This document shows, in pieces, positions 26,125 to 38,923 of a DNA stretch of 64,000 bases; position 1 is the first letter of the stretch; every line of letters begins with the position of its first letter. The notes beneath the pieces were generated by a model. The model did no database searches. It worked only from the letters and a program-made list of their open reading frames with translations, and had not been told where the DNA came from. The DNA comes from Lytechinus pictus (taxonomy: Eukaryota), in assembly GCF_037042905.1 (NCBI RefSeq), contig NC_087246.1, forward strand, positions 3,660,001 to 3,724,000. Reading direction: 5' to 3'. The position numbers were made by a program, and so were the translations under genes.

Positions 26125-29100
26125 GTAAGATGCAAGTTTATATCATACTGAGTGGTAGCCATGGTTTTGTTAAACCTGGGTTAAGTAAGACCACACTTTT
26201 ATGGAGTGCCATTTGTCAACTTATTCACCAATTCACAATGATTCCTATCCTGCTGCAAAAAGTTGTCAAAACATTAATTTGGTTGTGAAATTGGAAGAAC
26301 AGGAAAATACAAAAATATTGTGAATTCTAATTGATTATACATTATAATTGCCACAAATTTGGAAGAAATATTATGATGCCCAGCATTCCATAGAAGTTGT
26401 TTAAAATTCTAGTTTAGACTAGGGTTAAACCTATGTTTACTTATCAAACCACCAAGTTTATGTTGTCATTTTTAAGATGATAAAAGGATTTGCTCAATGT
26501 TTTGTCTGATGTATCCAATTTGTTTCCATGGTAATCATCAGACACCTGTGCTTTTCAGCCTATCAAAATCACTCAAATTGTCAGATTGTACCAGTTGTCA
26601 GATGAAAAGTGTTAATGAAATGCTCTCCAATGGAAAAAAATAGATTCTTCTTAGGCGTCTTGTCAAAAGTGTGTGTGCGTCTTTGCCTTTATATTCTACG
26701 GCGAACCCGCTGAGCGTGCCATTGACCATTTTTCTTTCCTACGGGTCAGTGCTCTTGCCATTCAAGACGCCAGCGTGCCCTTTTGCAGCGAAAACGGAAG
26801 CGTGCGCTTTTATCTTTTCTTTTGAAACCCCCCGGTTGGCTCTCTGAGAAGATGTTTTTGCATGAGCGCCCTCTATGTCCACGATATCGGTGTTTTAGGC
26901 AAACTATTGAACGCCCGATCTCTAGTCACTGATCTGAATATCGTTGTGTCCTTGTATCTGTGTGCCTAGTCCAGTGGGGTATATATTTTCCAAAGTTACG
27001 CTTTCACAATTTCTTTCGATAATTTTTCGTTTCGAGTTTCAGTATATGACAAAGTTCAATTAGATTTAGATTTCATTTCTTTAATAGAACAATTAAGCTT
27101 TAGCCCTTTAGCATGAGCATGTTGTTTTATTTTGAAGAATATACCGTTATGATATTGATTTTCTAAAAGTAAGTGTTCAGGCGCGGGTAAGATTTTTTTT
27201 CATCACACTGAGCCCACACAGTCAGCATTGTCGGGTGAAAAGGAAAAATATGGAATTGTCCTTAACATCTTTGTAAACGAAATGCAAAACCCCTCACAAA
27301 AGATGCAATATAAATCATACCTGGGTCCAAAAATGATGGCATTTAAATTTATACATTGAAACGCTACTGTGACAAAAAAAAAATACATAAAATGCAAGCG
27401 CTTTTTGTGTGGAAAAAAGGATTAACACTAAGGGCATCGTTGAAATTCAAATTTGAGCTAAACATAGGCCTATATCTAATTTAGCTAAAATGCACATCAA
27501 TTTTACTCTTATTATACATGTTTAAAAATTGACATGTTAGAAACTAATATAGTCACACATAATACAGATGCCGTGCAAAACAAACGAATAAAATATCATT
27601 AATCTGAACTTTAAATATTAAATTGGATGCTCAAGCAGTCATATCGGTCATTGTAGATTAAATGCATAATTCTTGAATTTCATTGCCCGAAATTCAGAAC
27701 TATAAGTACTTTCGTTACTTTGTAAGACCATTAGAAACATCTTTACTTTCGAACGAAATCAAAAGCACTTAGCAAATAAATATTGAAATTATCAAAGTTG
27801 AGGTAGTCTTGACCATGAATTGAGTTGAGTGTTTATAAAGGAATTATAGCGTCTTCTAATGAATCCCATTCTAAACTTTGAATGACCGATGAAAAATATC
27901 GCGTGAATTAAAATGCAAATTAACACATTTAAGTGACTCCGACATGATATTAGACAGGAAAACCTATATTATCTTTTTACCTGGGATCTGTCTTTATTCT
28001 CTTATATAAATTTCCCCTGTGATCTACTATGTGACCTAGAGTTTTTGATTACCATCCAGGAGCCACAGAACCGAAGGGGGTCTGGGGCTGAGGCCTCCAC
28101 AAGTACCATGATTTTATGCATGGTGATCCCCCTCTTCAAACCCAGTCCGCTCTTTCAATTTTCCAGTTCTACTAACAATATTCAATGTTGTCAACTTAAT
28201 TCTAATGGTTCCTTTTTTTTCATCCAACTTTATTTCTTCTTTTGAATTTTTCTAAATCTTTTCTATACTTATTCCTTTTTTTAACCTTCACGTTTGACAT
28301 GTACAATACGTGTATATTGCCGTTGATTTCTTCTTCCTATCAAATATCTGAATTAATCTGCAATGTGTGTGTTACAAATTATTGCAAATTAGATTCCCAG
28401 TGTCTAAGGTAAACATAATTTACCGACGTAAAGTTAGTAATACGAATCTTTGGCCTAGTTTCCCTTCCAACTTTGTACTTCACCTCTTAATCGTATAGCT
28501 GCATTCTGTATAGCTTGCAAATTTAAATACTTTTACACACACAAAAAAATCAATAAACGTACAGGAAATGGTAATATCTCGGTCACATTTGCTCTACGGT
28601 GACCATACGGCGAGTCGAAAACAGCCGTTTTATTCATTTTATTCCTATATTTAGCTGGTATAAAAACTGTTAAAACGACTATTTTCGACTTGCCGTAGAA
28701 CAAATGTGACCGAGGTATTTTGCATTCTAAATCAACAAGGATGGAGTGCATGCTGGTGCGGATCCTGCCGGAGTAACACAATACAATCCAATAGGCGCCG
28801 CATTTATTTTTAATAATAGTTGGGCTCTAAAAAGTATGTGGTCTATTTTGTGACCTCTACTAAAATAAGTCAGTGTGTCTATATTTCATCACCTGGAGGG
28901 TACAGTTATGTAGTGAATCCGGGGGGGGGGGGGGTATCCGGCCCGTTTTGTTAATGTAAATATGCCTTTTTTACACAAGACTAGTGTGCCCCCTTTGAAA
29001 CTAACAGCATGTATTTTAATGAGAATATGTCGTTCATACACAAGTGAGGACCTTCACTTTAGCCTGGTAAACACCCCTTTTCCAAATATATTTGGTTATT

Positions 29101-32100
29101 AAAATGCACAGAGAGATGGTAGGCAAAGAATATAACTTGAATGTTCATATTAAGAGTCGACCTATCAAGAGGGAAGTTACATGGTTAATTAAAAATGTGT
29201 TGATAAAATATCACTCGAACGTTATGTTATAATCTGCTTCGCCAAACAGTTTTTATGTAATATTGCTCTTTATAAAGGCAAGTATTAAACTACATTAAAT
29301 GTCGAAATGTTGAGAAATATAATGGAAACCATATTAAATTCACATTACGAAAAGAAACAAAATCAAGGTTCTAGTATGGGGACAAAAAGAGAACAAGAAA
29401 ACTACCAATTTGATGCTCATTTTAATTCCCCGAAAGCCGGACGTTGAAAATGACATGGGCCAGCGCATTGCAAGCTGTATTTAATGGCTTACCCCATTGT
29501 CAAGGTAGATTTAAATTACTCCATTCTTGATTGGGGAGATTACCCTATATTCTTGAACATAGAGGTGGTCTGACTGGTGGCGGATTTCAATAGAAAGATG
29601 ACCCCTTGATTGGTGGGGGTATTTCAATGGGAGATTACCACTTTGTTAGCGCGGGTGACTGTCTTGATACTTTGATGTTCCCCGATGTGTCTTCTATTCG
29701 AAAACCGTGTTTGCAACTAATCCCAATTATGAGACTATTTGGCATCAAAATGAAAACATAACTGCACCCTTTTCATAGATTTCGTTTGAAAATAAAATAC
29801 TTACGTTTAAGGTAAAATTGGAATATGAGAAGGCTCTTTATAATATGTAAACCGAATATGATTTGTTCATAAGCATCTTTATAATAAATGTTACAAAATC
29901 AAGTTTCATAGAACAGATGTTACAGCCAAAATATTTCAAAGTCATCGAGAGGGTAAGTATCAGACTAAATAATGCAAGCGTGAATTGCGAGCTTGAAAAG
30001 GGATCATTTTTATCAGGGCGGATCCAGCTTTCATCAATACAGAGAGAGGGCGCAAAATGCCCCCCCCCCCTAATCAACCGCGCAAAGCTTATTTTTGTAG
30101 GTTTCTTTCAAGGGGGAGTCCAAACAGTGAAAATTGTTGGAAGTTTCTTTTTGGGCCCTGGAAATTAAACTATATTTCAAAGTGAGTTTGTAATAAAAAA
30201 ATATGTGTATACATAATTTTCTTTTATTGGCGTGATCGTTGGCGTGACCCGTTTGGCACTGGTATGCGAGCGCGCAGCGTTTAAGGTTTAGATTTCTGAA
30301 AAGATTAGACTTGCAGTAAAGCGCTGCAATATTAAGCATTTATTAGGAAAAAAAACTATAATACATCACGAACCCGGCACCTTAAAAAAAAAGAACAGAC
30401 CGTGTTGACCATATAAAACTTAACCCTTAAAGGACTGGAGGGCATGATTCCCCCCCCCCCTCGACACGCAAAAACGCAAAAAGATAGCGCCACAAAATTT
30501 TATAACTATGTTTTTATGAAGTCTCGCGCAACTTTTGAGACCAAAGTTTTAACATACGGATATAGCATTATCACTATCATCACAGTTATCATCATCATCA
30601 TCACCATCATCATTCATTCATTATCTATTTCCAATCGTTCTCCAGTATCAATTTTATATTTTATATAATTAAAAATATATGAAAGATAATAGTAATGATT
30701 ATGGTGATGCTGGTATTCATGACCATTATATCCGTTATGTAAGATAATTTATGCGATTTTACACGCTAATCGCTACTCGATGATGGTGAAAGAAATCTTT
30801 TAAATAGCACAAAAGAAGTCGGGACGGTACATGTAGTTAGTGCGTAAACGTACTTTATAATACACTATATTATTACAAAAGATTCCCCATCAGACGGGCC
30901 AACGGTCTTTTGAAGTAGGTTCATCTATTGAAATTACGACAATAATCACGACAGCGGATATGGGGAATTAAAGTCTGTGAGAGTCTCTCCCATTGTTTTC
31001 TGTGGCGAACCCGCTGAGCATGCTATTGTCAATGATTCTCTACTATACGGGTGAGTGATCTTGCTTTTTCATGATCATAGGCTGTGGCAATGACTAAGAA
31101 CAGTTCGATGAGTATCAATGCCAAGCAATCCTGAAAGGTCAATAATGTTAAATTCTCTTGATGGAGAAGACTATATCATGGCCCTATTTGCTTTTGCTTT
31201 TAGGCCAGTTAGTGTACTAACTACTAAAAATTATAAATAATAATTACATTTCATCTATTTTAGAGTAATGATCTATTGTTAATATTATTATACATATCTC
31301 CCTGCAGCTTACGGCCCCATAATCTTCACTCGTGAAGGACTGAATTTTGAAGCTTAAATTATTGAACATCATGGCATCCTAGTATTGTAATGATGTTTAC
31401 CATCACTGCAATATAGATAAAAACATTAATTTAATTCTACTCACATTGATTTTACTTTAGAACAAATTCACCCCCCCCCCCCTTCCCGCTACAACCTTTC
31501 TCTCATTTTTATTTCAAAATTTCAATAACTACGATAATAACATAGATGGTTCTGTTGACATGATTGACTATAATGATAGTGATGATAATTAACACTGATG
31601 ATGATGATGGTGGTGGTAGTGAATGTGGTAGCGGTAGCCTTGATGATTATAATAAATGAAAATACTGAAAGTTACGAAAGTCACACATTCAATGAATAAT
31701 ACCAAGAAACATACTTTTTGATGAAATAAAATTCACTCACAATTTATGCTTCTTGTAGGTCTCCTATTTAATTTATTCTTATTTTTTGAACTGCAGTGTG
31801 TCCGCTTATATTCCTACTTTATGATTTAAAGCTTTTAAGTTAATAATTATAAAATAAACTGTATACTGATTTAAAATTGTTCATTGAAAATTTTGAATTG
31901 ACTGGATGGAAATATGAAGGTGTGGTTTATTGAAAAGAGTGGACTTGATAAAGAGTTGCCCTTATCCGTGAAGATTGATAGTAGAAAGAATGGGGAATGT
32001 AGGGATGAATTGAGTTGAATAAGGAAAGGTTGGTTTATTGATTGTAGACTAATAAAAAAGAAATGAAGGTTATTGCTCTTAAATGACATGAAAATACTCA

Positions 32101-32104
32101 TATA

Positions 32105-32653
32105 CCCTTTTTACACAGGATTTTCTTAACCCCGGACTATCGCTAACCCCGTACTATCCTTAACCCCGTACTATTTTTTTTCCTTTTCACACATGCCAAA
32201 TTGTTATCGCTAACCCCGGATAAGGAATGCTTGCTTTTCACACACGAAACTCGCTAACCCCGGACTAGTGGTTTTTGTCGATCATTCGTAGTACAAGTAC
32301 TTCACTCGTACCTTTTTACACACGCTAAAATTTCCTTAACCCCGTACTATAGGTGGGGCTAAATTGCCATTTAGCCCCACCTATAGTACGGGGTTAAGCT
32401 TAGCCCACTTTCGTTTTACACTAGCGATCTTAACCCCGTACTATCGCTCTTAGCACCGCAATTGCTGGGATAACCCTGCTTTTTTGCAGGGCCAAATAAT
32501 CCCGTACTAAAGGTGGGGTTAGCCCACTTTGCAAAAATGCTGTGTAAAAAGAAAGTGGGCTAAGCTTAACCCCGTACTATAGGTGGGGCTAAATGGCAAT
32601 TTAGCCCCACCTATAGTACGGGGTTAAGGAAATTTTAGCGTGTGTAAAAAGGG
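32105..32653. mobile_element. Young palindromic MITE built from TAACCCCG(G/T)ACTA motifs
   Basis: TIR CCCTTTTTACACA/TGTGTAAAAAGGG flanked by TA (alternative reading: TACCC...GGGTA ends with an ATA TSD). Two ~63-bp internal hairpins lie at ~32336-32398 and ~32566-32628. Confidence 0.8.
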
Positions 32654-32679
32654 TAATACATTTCTTGATTCAATTATTG

Positions 32680-35600
32680 ATCATCCTTTTCCCCTGCTCT
32701 TGCCCAGTAGTCTCTTTTCTTCTTATCCCACCCCCCCCTCTTCTATTTCTTCTGTGTCTCCGTCGTTATTCTTCTTTTCCACATTATTCTTCTTGTTCTC
32801 ATCCTTCGCCCCCTTCTTCATCTATTTCTTTTGCTCCTTCTCCTTTTCTTTATCTTCTAACTTTTTTCTTCTTCATATCCTTTGTCGTCTTTCATTATTC
32901 TTTTTCTCCACCTCATCGTTTTCTGCTGCTCCTTCCTTTTCCTTCCTCCCCCTTTTCTACGTCTCCTATCTTCTTCTTGTTCTTCTGCCCTTCTTATACG
33001 TCTTCTACTGCTTTTCCTTCATTATTCTTCTTTTTCATTTTCTTCTTGTCCTCATTCTCTCTTTCCTTTCTCTCCTTGCATCTCCTTTTTCTTTATCTTT
33101 CACTCCCTCTTCGTATCCTTCCTCATCTCCCATTATTATTCTCATCCCTTTTTACTGCTCCCCCATTATACATGTACGTCTGCTTCTCCTTGGTAATTCT
33201 TCTTCTCCTCCTCCTCCCACCTCATCGTTTTATGAAGATAAAATTATAATGAAATAATAGAAATGTTAATACTTATAATAGAGAAATGAAGATTATTGCG
33301 ATAGTAACAGCGGTGATGACGATATCGATAATTATGGGAGGTCATAGACCATGTACAGCACAAAGTATCAGACGCAATTTCAAATATGATTACATGACGA
33401 TTTCGATACGAAATATTTTTCATAAATCTAGATCTAGTACATTAATATACACTTATCTTTGTAGAACAATGAAATCGCCGCTCAATATCGATAATTCTGA
33501 TGATCACTAAAACAGAAAAGCATACGTGGGACAGTGTATTATAATATTGCCTCGAAAAATACCTGACATTTGATGGAATTCCGCGCATAAATCGCTCATT
33601 TCTCAGTACTTTTACGATTTCCTTTCACAGGGCTATTTGGCAATATTTTTCATTTATACAAACACTTCGTTGGTAAATTTCATTGGATTCTGATCGAACT
33701 AATTTTCAGATCGTTACCACAATTGGTATTTATCTTCAATTCCGAACATTACGTTTAATACGTTAAACCAATTAAATGAAGTTATACTTTAGTCTCTTAT
33801 ATGTTGTTTATATGTTGTACTCTCATACACTGAGAGGGGATCAAAAGGGTGAATAAACTGTATATCTAAATCAGGGGCGGATCCAGCCTCCGCCAATAGG
33901 GGGGGGGGGGAGGGTGAATTTTTTGTTCACCCATATTTTGTTTATTTCTTTGAATCGGTGGTCCCAGTGGCGAAATGATTATTAAAGTTATTTTCCAAGT
34001 CTTCCCCTTTATCTTATTCACTCGCCTTCCTCCTCTTATGTTTCCCCTTCTTTTTTCTCCTCTCTTTTCAATTATTTTTCTTTCTTTCCATCTTTCTTTC
34101 CCTTTTTTTTGCTCCGCCTATAGGGGAGGGGAGGGCCCTATGTAAATGTAAATCTAACCAAGAATTTGGTCTATACAGCAAATGTCTAGAGGTCAGGGGC
34201 GGATCCATGACAGGGGGAAAAAAGTTTCGCTTTCAAGGGGGGGGGGCACACTTCTGTTTTGGCGGCATTTTTACATTACAATTTTTAATTGTGCCTCTCA
34301 TAATAGGGGGGGGGCAAGGGGCGGCTTCCCCCCCCCCCCTTGAATCCCCCATTGATCGAAGGGTACCGGAAATTTGAGGATGCTGATTCATTCATGGCAT
34401 GCGATTTTCTTCTCTTCTTTTCCCCTCTTCCTCTCTCTTTTTTTCTTATCTTTCTTCCCATCTTCCTCTTTTTTTCTTCTTCTTTTTCCTCCTTTTCCTT
34501 TCTCCTTTCTTTTCTTCTCTTCCTTTTCCCTCCTCTCTTTTTTCTCTTCTTTCCCCCTATTCTCCCTTTTTCTTTGTCTTTCCTTTCCCCCTTTTTCTTC
34601 TCTTTTATTTCTTCTCTTCCTTTCTCCCTCTCTCCCTCTTTTCTACTCTCTTCTTTTCCCATCTTCCTCTCTCTCTTTTTATTCTCTCACCTTTTCCATT
34701 TCCCCCCCTCTTTTTTTTGAGCTGGGGGTTTGGGGGGGGGGGTGAGGCAGTTCTCCCTCGGCCCCCCATGGATCTGCACCTGATAGAACCCCATGGTCTC
34801 GTATCATTTGACCTTTGGACCTCTCGATGACATTTGATATATCTGATCATAATTTTACACACACTGCGGACTATCGAACCCGCGGACTATCGGACCCGCG
34901 GTCTATCGGGATGTCCCCGATGTAAAAAGCCCAGAGGGTTTCCTATTTGCAATTCTCCCTCTCCATTTTGTCACCTATCTTTCTTTTTAATCTTTTCACC
35001 TCCTCATTTCTTTTTCCCTCCCCTTGTCATATTTCCTTGCATTAATTCTTCTTCCTTTTATCTTTGAATCTTTAATCAATTTTTTCGCAGCAAATAGGAG
35101 CCCGCTTCAACCCCTATAATCATTTTGGTTTTGTTTTTTTTTCCTTTCCTGATAATTACTGATGTGGTATAAGTGCTTTAGGTTCCTACATTAACAATTC
35201 GATAACTATATTTCTTCGGTACACGATTTTCCCTTTCTCTTTTTCATGTTTTTTCTTAAATCTTTTAGTTATTTATTTCGTTTTCTCTCAATCTTTTTTC
35301 ACTCATTTTCCTTCTATCTTTCCTTTTTCATTCACTTATTTTGCTCTGTATAGCTTTTCATGAAATATTGCTAGAAGGGGTTCGGAATCAGAATAAAGTT
35401 GCAGCCAATTTAATTCCGAGCTTTTAGGTTTCATTTTTTATTCATTCTCTTCTTGTTACCTGAACGAACAAAGAATAAAGAACCGTTTCAGAATGGCCAC
35501 TGCATGTCTTCCCCTTTCACTCCCCCCCTTATTTCTCCCCCATCGTCCACCAGCTCTCTTTTCTTCTTTCCCCTTATTTTCTATCTCTATTCATTTCCAT

Positions 35601-35830
35601 ATTCCAATTTGTCCCCTTTCTCCCGTTGATTCTCGATCCTAAATGTCTTCCCCTCTCAAATTTCCTATTTTTTTTTCTTTTAAACTGTTTCTCCTCCATA
35701 TTTTTTTCATCCTTCCTCTTCTTCCATCCCAATATTATTTTCTTATTCTCTCTCTGTTTCCCCTTCCTTTTCTCTCCCTATGACTTCTTAGTTTTCTTCT
35801 TCCCCTTTTCACCTTCCCTTTGGTCCCGCT
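32680..35830. repeat. Cluster of CT-rich low-complexity tracts interleaved with CAGGGGCGGATCC-headed poly-G/C repeats
   Basis: Pyrimidine tracts at ~32680-33230, 34000-34110, 34400-34720 and 35500-35830. CAGGGGCGGATCC heads at ~33872 and ~34194. Confidence 0.7.
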
Positions 35831-38251
35831 TCTTTAAAACAAGGAGATAAAGAAAATTAAGAGACAATATGTTATCCTGGGGAAATGGTTGCCCGTCCAA
35901 ATATTGAACAAACTATTCAAAACAGTTTCTAATAAATCTTTGATCTTTCTATGCCTAATAGCGCCAAGCTGTTCCGGTCATATTTATTTTATCATTCTAT
36001 TTCCTTCTCTTTTTATTGGGGGTGGGGGGGGGGGGGGGGCTCCCGACACTTGTTTCAGATGCGAGTAAAAATGAATATTCCAAGTTGACGTGAATTCTAC
36101 GAATGGCTTGGGCCTACGAAACGAGAATGTGTGGAATCTTATTTTCCCACCTAAAACATCATGAATTGACTCTCTTCCAATTGCAAAAAAAGAGGTTTTC
36201 ATCGTTATTGCAGCAAATTCGAAAGATCAGTAACGATTTATGACACGTGCGTGATTTTTTATTAAGCTACCGTGGCTTTATAAATGCACCCGAACTTCCA
36301 TTATAGATGCGAACCACAGTTCAGAACAGTGATCCGAACTCTCCGATCCGACAGTCAATATGAAGGCACGCATTTGTTTTGGTCGTAGAGGGAGCTATTT
36401 AGAATAGATTCTTCGGTCTTTGGACAGAAATTAAGACATGCAGGAAAGACGAACAAAAGAACGGTGGCATCAGTGGGCCTCTTATGGCGGCCGTTCCTTT
36501 GAAGACAAGGGAACGTTGGGCGGGAAAGCCGAAGCGAAAACCCGGATGCGGTATTAACGGTAAAGAACGGTGCATGGACTTTTGACAAGCTCCCTTAAGG
36601 AATCAACACAAGACAATATTTCAACTTAAGCTTAAAGCAGATTATATTATGTAAAAGAATAGGAGAAAATTCTCTCACTCAGAAAAAAATACATTCATCC
36701 TGTTTTGTATTACAGCTTCTCACCTCTGTAAACCAATCCGGAATCCAAACTTGCACTTAAACTGAGTCTGTAACTTTTATTGCATACAGTTAACTTAAAC
36801 TTTCCTTAAAACCTCTTTTCATATAGAACCATACTAGAGTGCACCAAAGACAGATTCAAATATTAGAGGAAAAAGAAAAATATCTCTGAGCTCCCATAGT
36901 AGCTTCATGATGATCTTTTCCTATCATTGGAGATGTTTTCCAATGTGACTTCTCAGAAACTAGCCATTTATCCTCTCTCTTTCAATAAAAGCAGAGCATT
37001 GTGCCATAAAAAGTACAAACATTGAAATTCTGATGGCGTAGGATCAATCAGATTTCTTGGGGTTGAACTGTAGTTGATCTCTGACATTTGAATAGTGACA
37101 ACGTTGATGAGAGTCAGGGGGAGGGGGTTGTGAACCAAAATAACATTTCTTGACATTGTGGGTTAGAAATACTCTGTTTAAAGATATATTTCTCATGGTA
37201 CAGTGGTAGATTTATTTATTTTATACAAAACCTTGATTTACCTTTCTTTTTCTCCTTTCTTTCTATGCTAGATCTAATACAATTTTGCTGATTTTTTCAG
37301 CAGAAAATATAAATATCAATATTATATCATATTTGCATTAGTTCTTGCAAATGATCTCATATATTCTGTTATGAGGAATCATGACTTGCAACTAAAATTG
37401 ATTGATTCCCAATCTGTTTATTTCAGATCATGTTTATATCTGTATTTATAACCAATTTTGAATTCGATATTTAAATCTTCAAGAATCTTGTAGGGTTTTT
37501 CATCGACATATAGTAGAAACATAGTATCTGTCTGTTGAAGCTATGACAGGTGAAATTCTAGTATTTCTTAGCCTACTTCAGCCATTTTAATCTTTATTCC
37601 CATAAAAGGTATAAATTGTATCAGATTTTAGGTGTTTTCACACTTGTCCAATCACAAAAATACCTGTGAATGATGTACAGTGTATTTCAAATCATGTATC
37701 CGTTTTCAGATTTTTTTGCATTGTCTGTATGTAGCACCATGTTTCAGCAATGTTTTTTGTTTTTCATTAAAGATAAGCTCTTTGAGCACTAATCTTCCAT
37801 TGTTTTTATATTCATTTATTTATTACAGATGTTAAAATATGAAATATAAGGATAAGTTTGATTCACTTTGAAGAGATTCTTTTTTAAGATATTCATTTAA
37901 ATGTATGATGAAAGGTATTCCTCTCATGTCTGTCAAACTTATTCAAGCTGAGAAAAGACCTTCATGCAAATAGAACTAGATTTTTTCATTTTATATTTTT
38001 ATATCCCTTAAAACTTATCCCTCATGTCATAACTCTTTCGTTTCTTACACATTCATGTAATATAGTAATGAAGTGAAATAATATGCATTTGGGTGGACTT
38101 CTGTGTTTCTTATAAAAAAGCCTCTATTTATAAGTAGGCATTTCATTAGAATTCCTGTGACATAAACACAGAAATCAATATACTTTATCAAAAGCCACTT
38201 TTCTATCTTCAAAAGGCTAGTGATATCCAGTCTGTTCTCATCTGAGGTCAC

Positions 38252-38386
38252 TTTCTCTGAATTCTGATACAAATCAAGCTAATTTTCTAGGAAATTTTTT
38301 CTCTGAATTGTGATATAAATCAAGCTCATTTTCTAGGGAAAGTTTTTCTCTGAATTGTGATACAAATCAAGCTCATTTTCCAGGAA
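38252..38386. repeat. ~46-bp minisatellite x3
   Basis: TTTCTCTGAATT(C/G)TGATA(C/T)AAATCAAGCT.ATTTTC repeated three times. Confidence 0.9.
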
Positions 38387-38923
38387 AAGGGATAGCATCA
38401 AAGGTTGTTTTAGAGTTGGTTCTTTTTTATTCATTCACAAGGGGGGGGGGGGGATGGAAATGGGAAAGAGAACACCTGACAATAAAGAGATACACACATT
38501 CAATGTTAATTAGGTTTTCATATTTCATGTTTAGAAATTGTGAGCTTCAAATCTATTTCATGTCACAAAACAGATGTTACAGAACTTGTAGTAGAAGTTC
38601 ATATGTATTTCAGATAAAGATAAACATCTATATTCTGTATTCAGTTTTAAGTCTTGATTGGCCAAAAGTATACAGGGTACTGGTATGTATTTATATTGCA
38701 TCTTGTTACTTGCAAACTTATGATCCAAGCTATCATTCTGCAGAACTGTTGAGAGAACCAAAAAGTCTTTGTCTCTGATACATCACAGCTTTTGTTATTT
38801 AATGAGTCTTGATCAAACTTAACTGAAAGAGACTTGTAGCCTTTTGGAAAAAGCTTCAGAATATTACAAATAGAAAATTTATAAGATTTTTTTTGTACAC
38901 TTGCTGTTCAATTAAATTTACTC

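Larger units (their letters stand above)
26654..36594. mobile_element. Putative ~9.9 kb composite non-autonomous DNA transposon (TTA TSD; Harbinger- or Zator-like ends)
   Basis: TTA|GGCGTCTTGTCAAAAGT ... ACTTTTGACAAGCTCCC|TTA: a 17-bp imperfect TIR with a 12-bp exact core. CpG content visibly rises between these limits. Confidence 0.55.

Noticed and set aside
32120..32630. CRISPR-like recurrence of a short motif
   Set aside because: Spacing is irregular, orientations are mixed, there are no unique spacers or cas genes, and the context is a eukaryotic intron. It is explained by a MITE.
32640..34862. F/S/L-rich and K/R/E-rich ORFs of 100-205 aa
   Set aside because: Low-complexity CT tracts open in several frames at once, with no domain or splice support.
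36355..36588. 77-aa ORF at the right end of the giant element
   Set aside because: No recognisable motif; GC-rich subterminal DNA gives such ORFs by chance.
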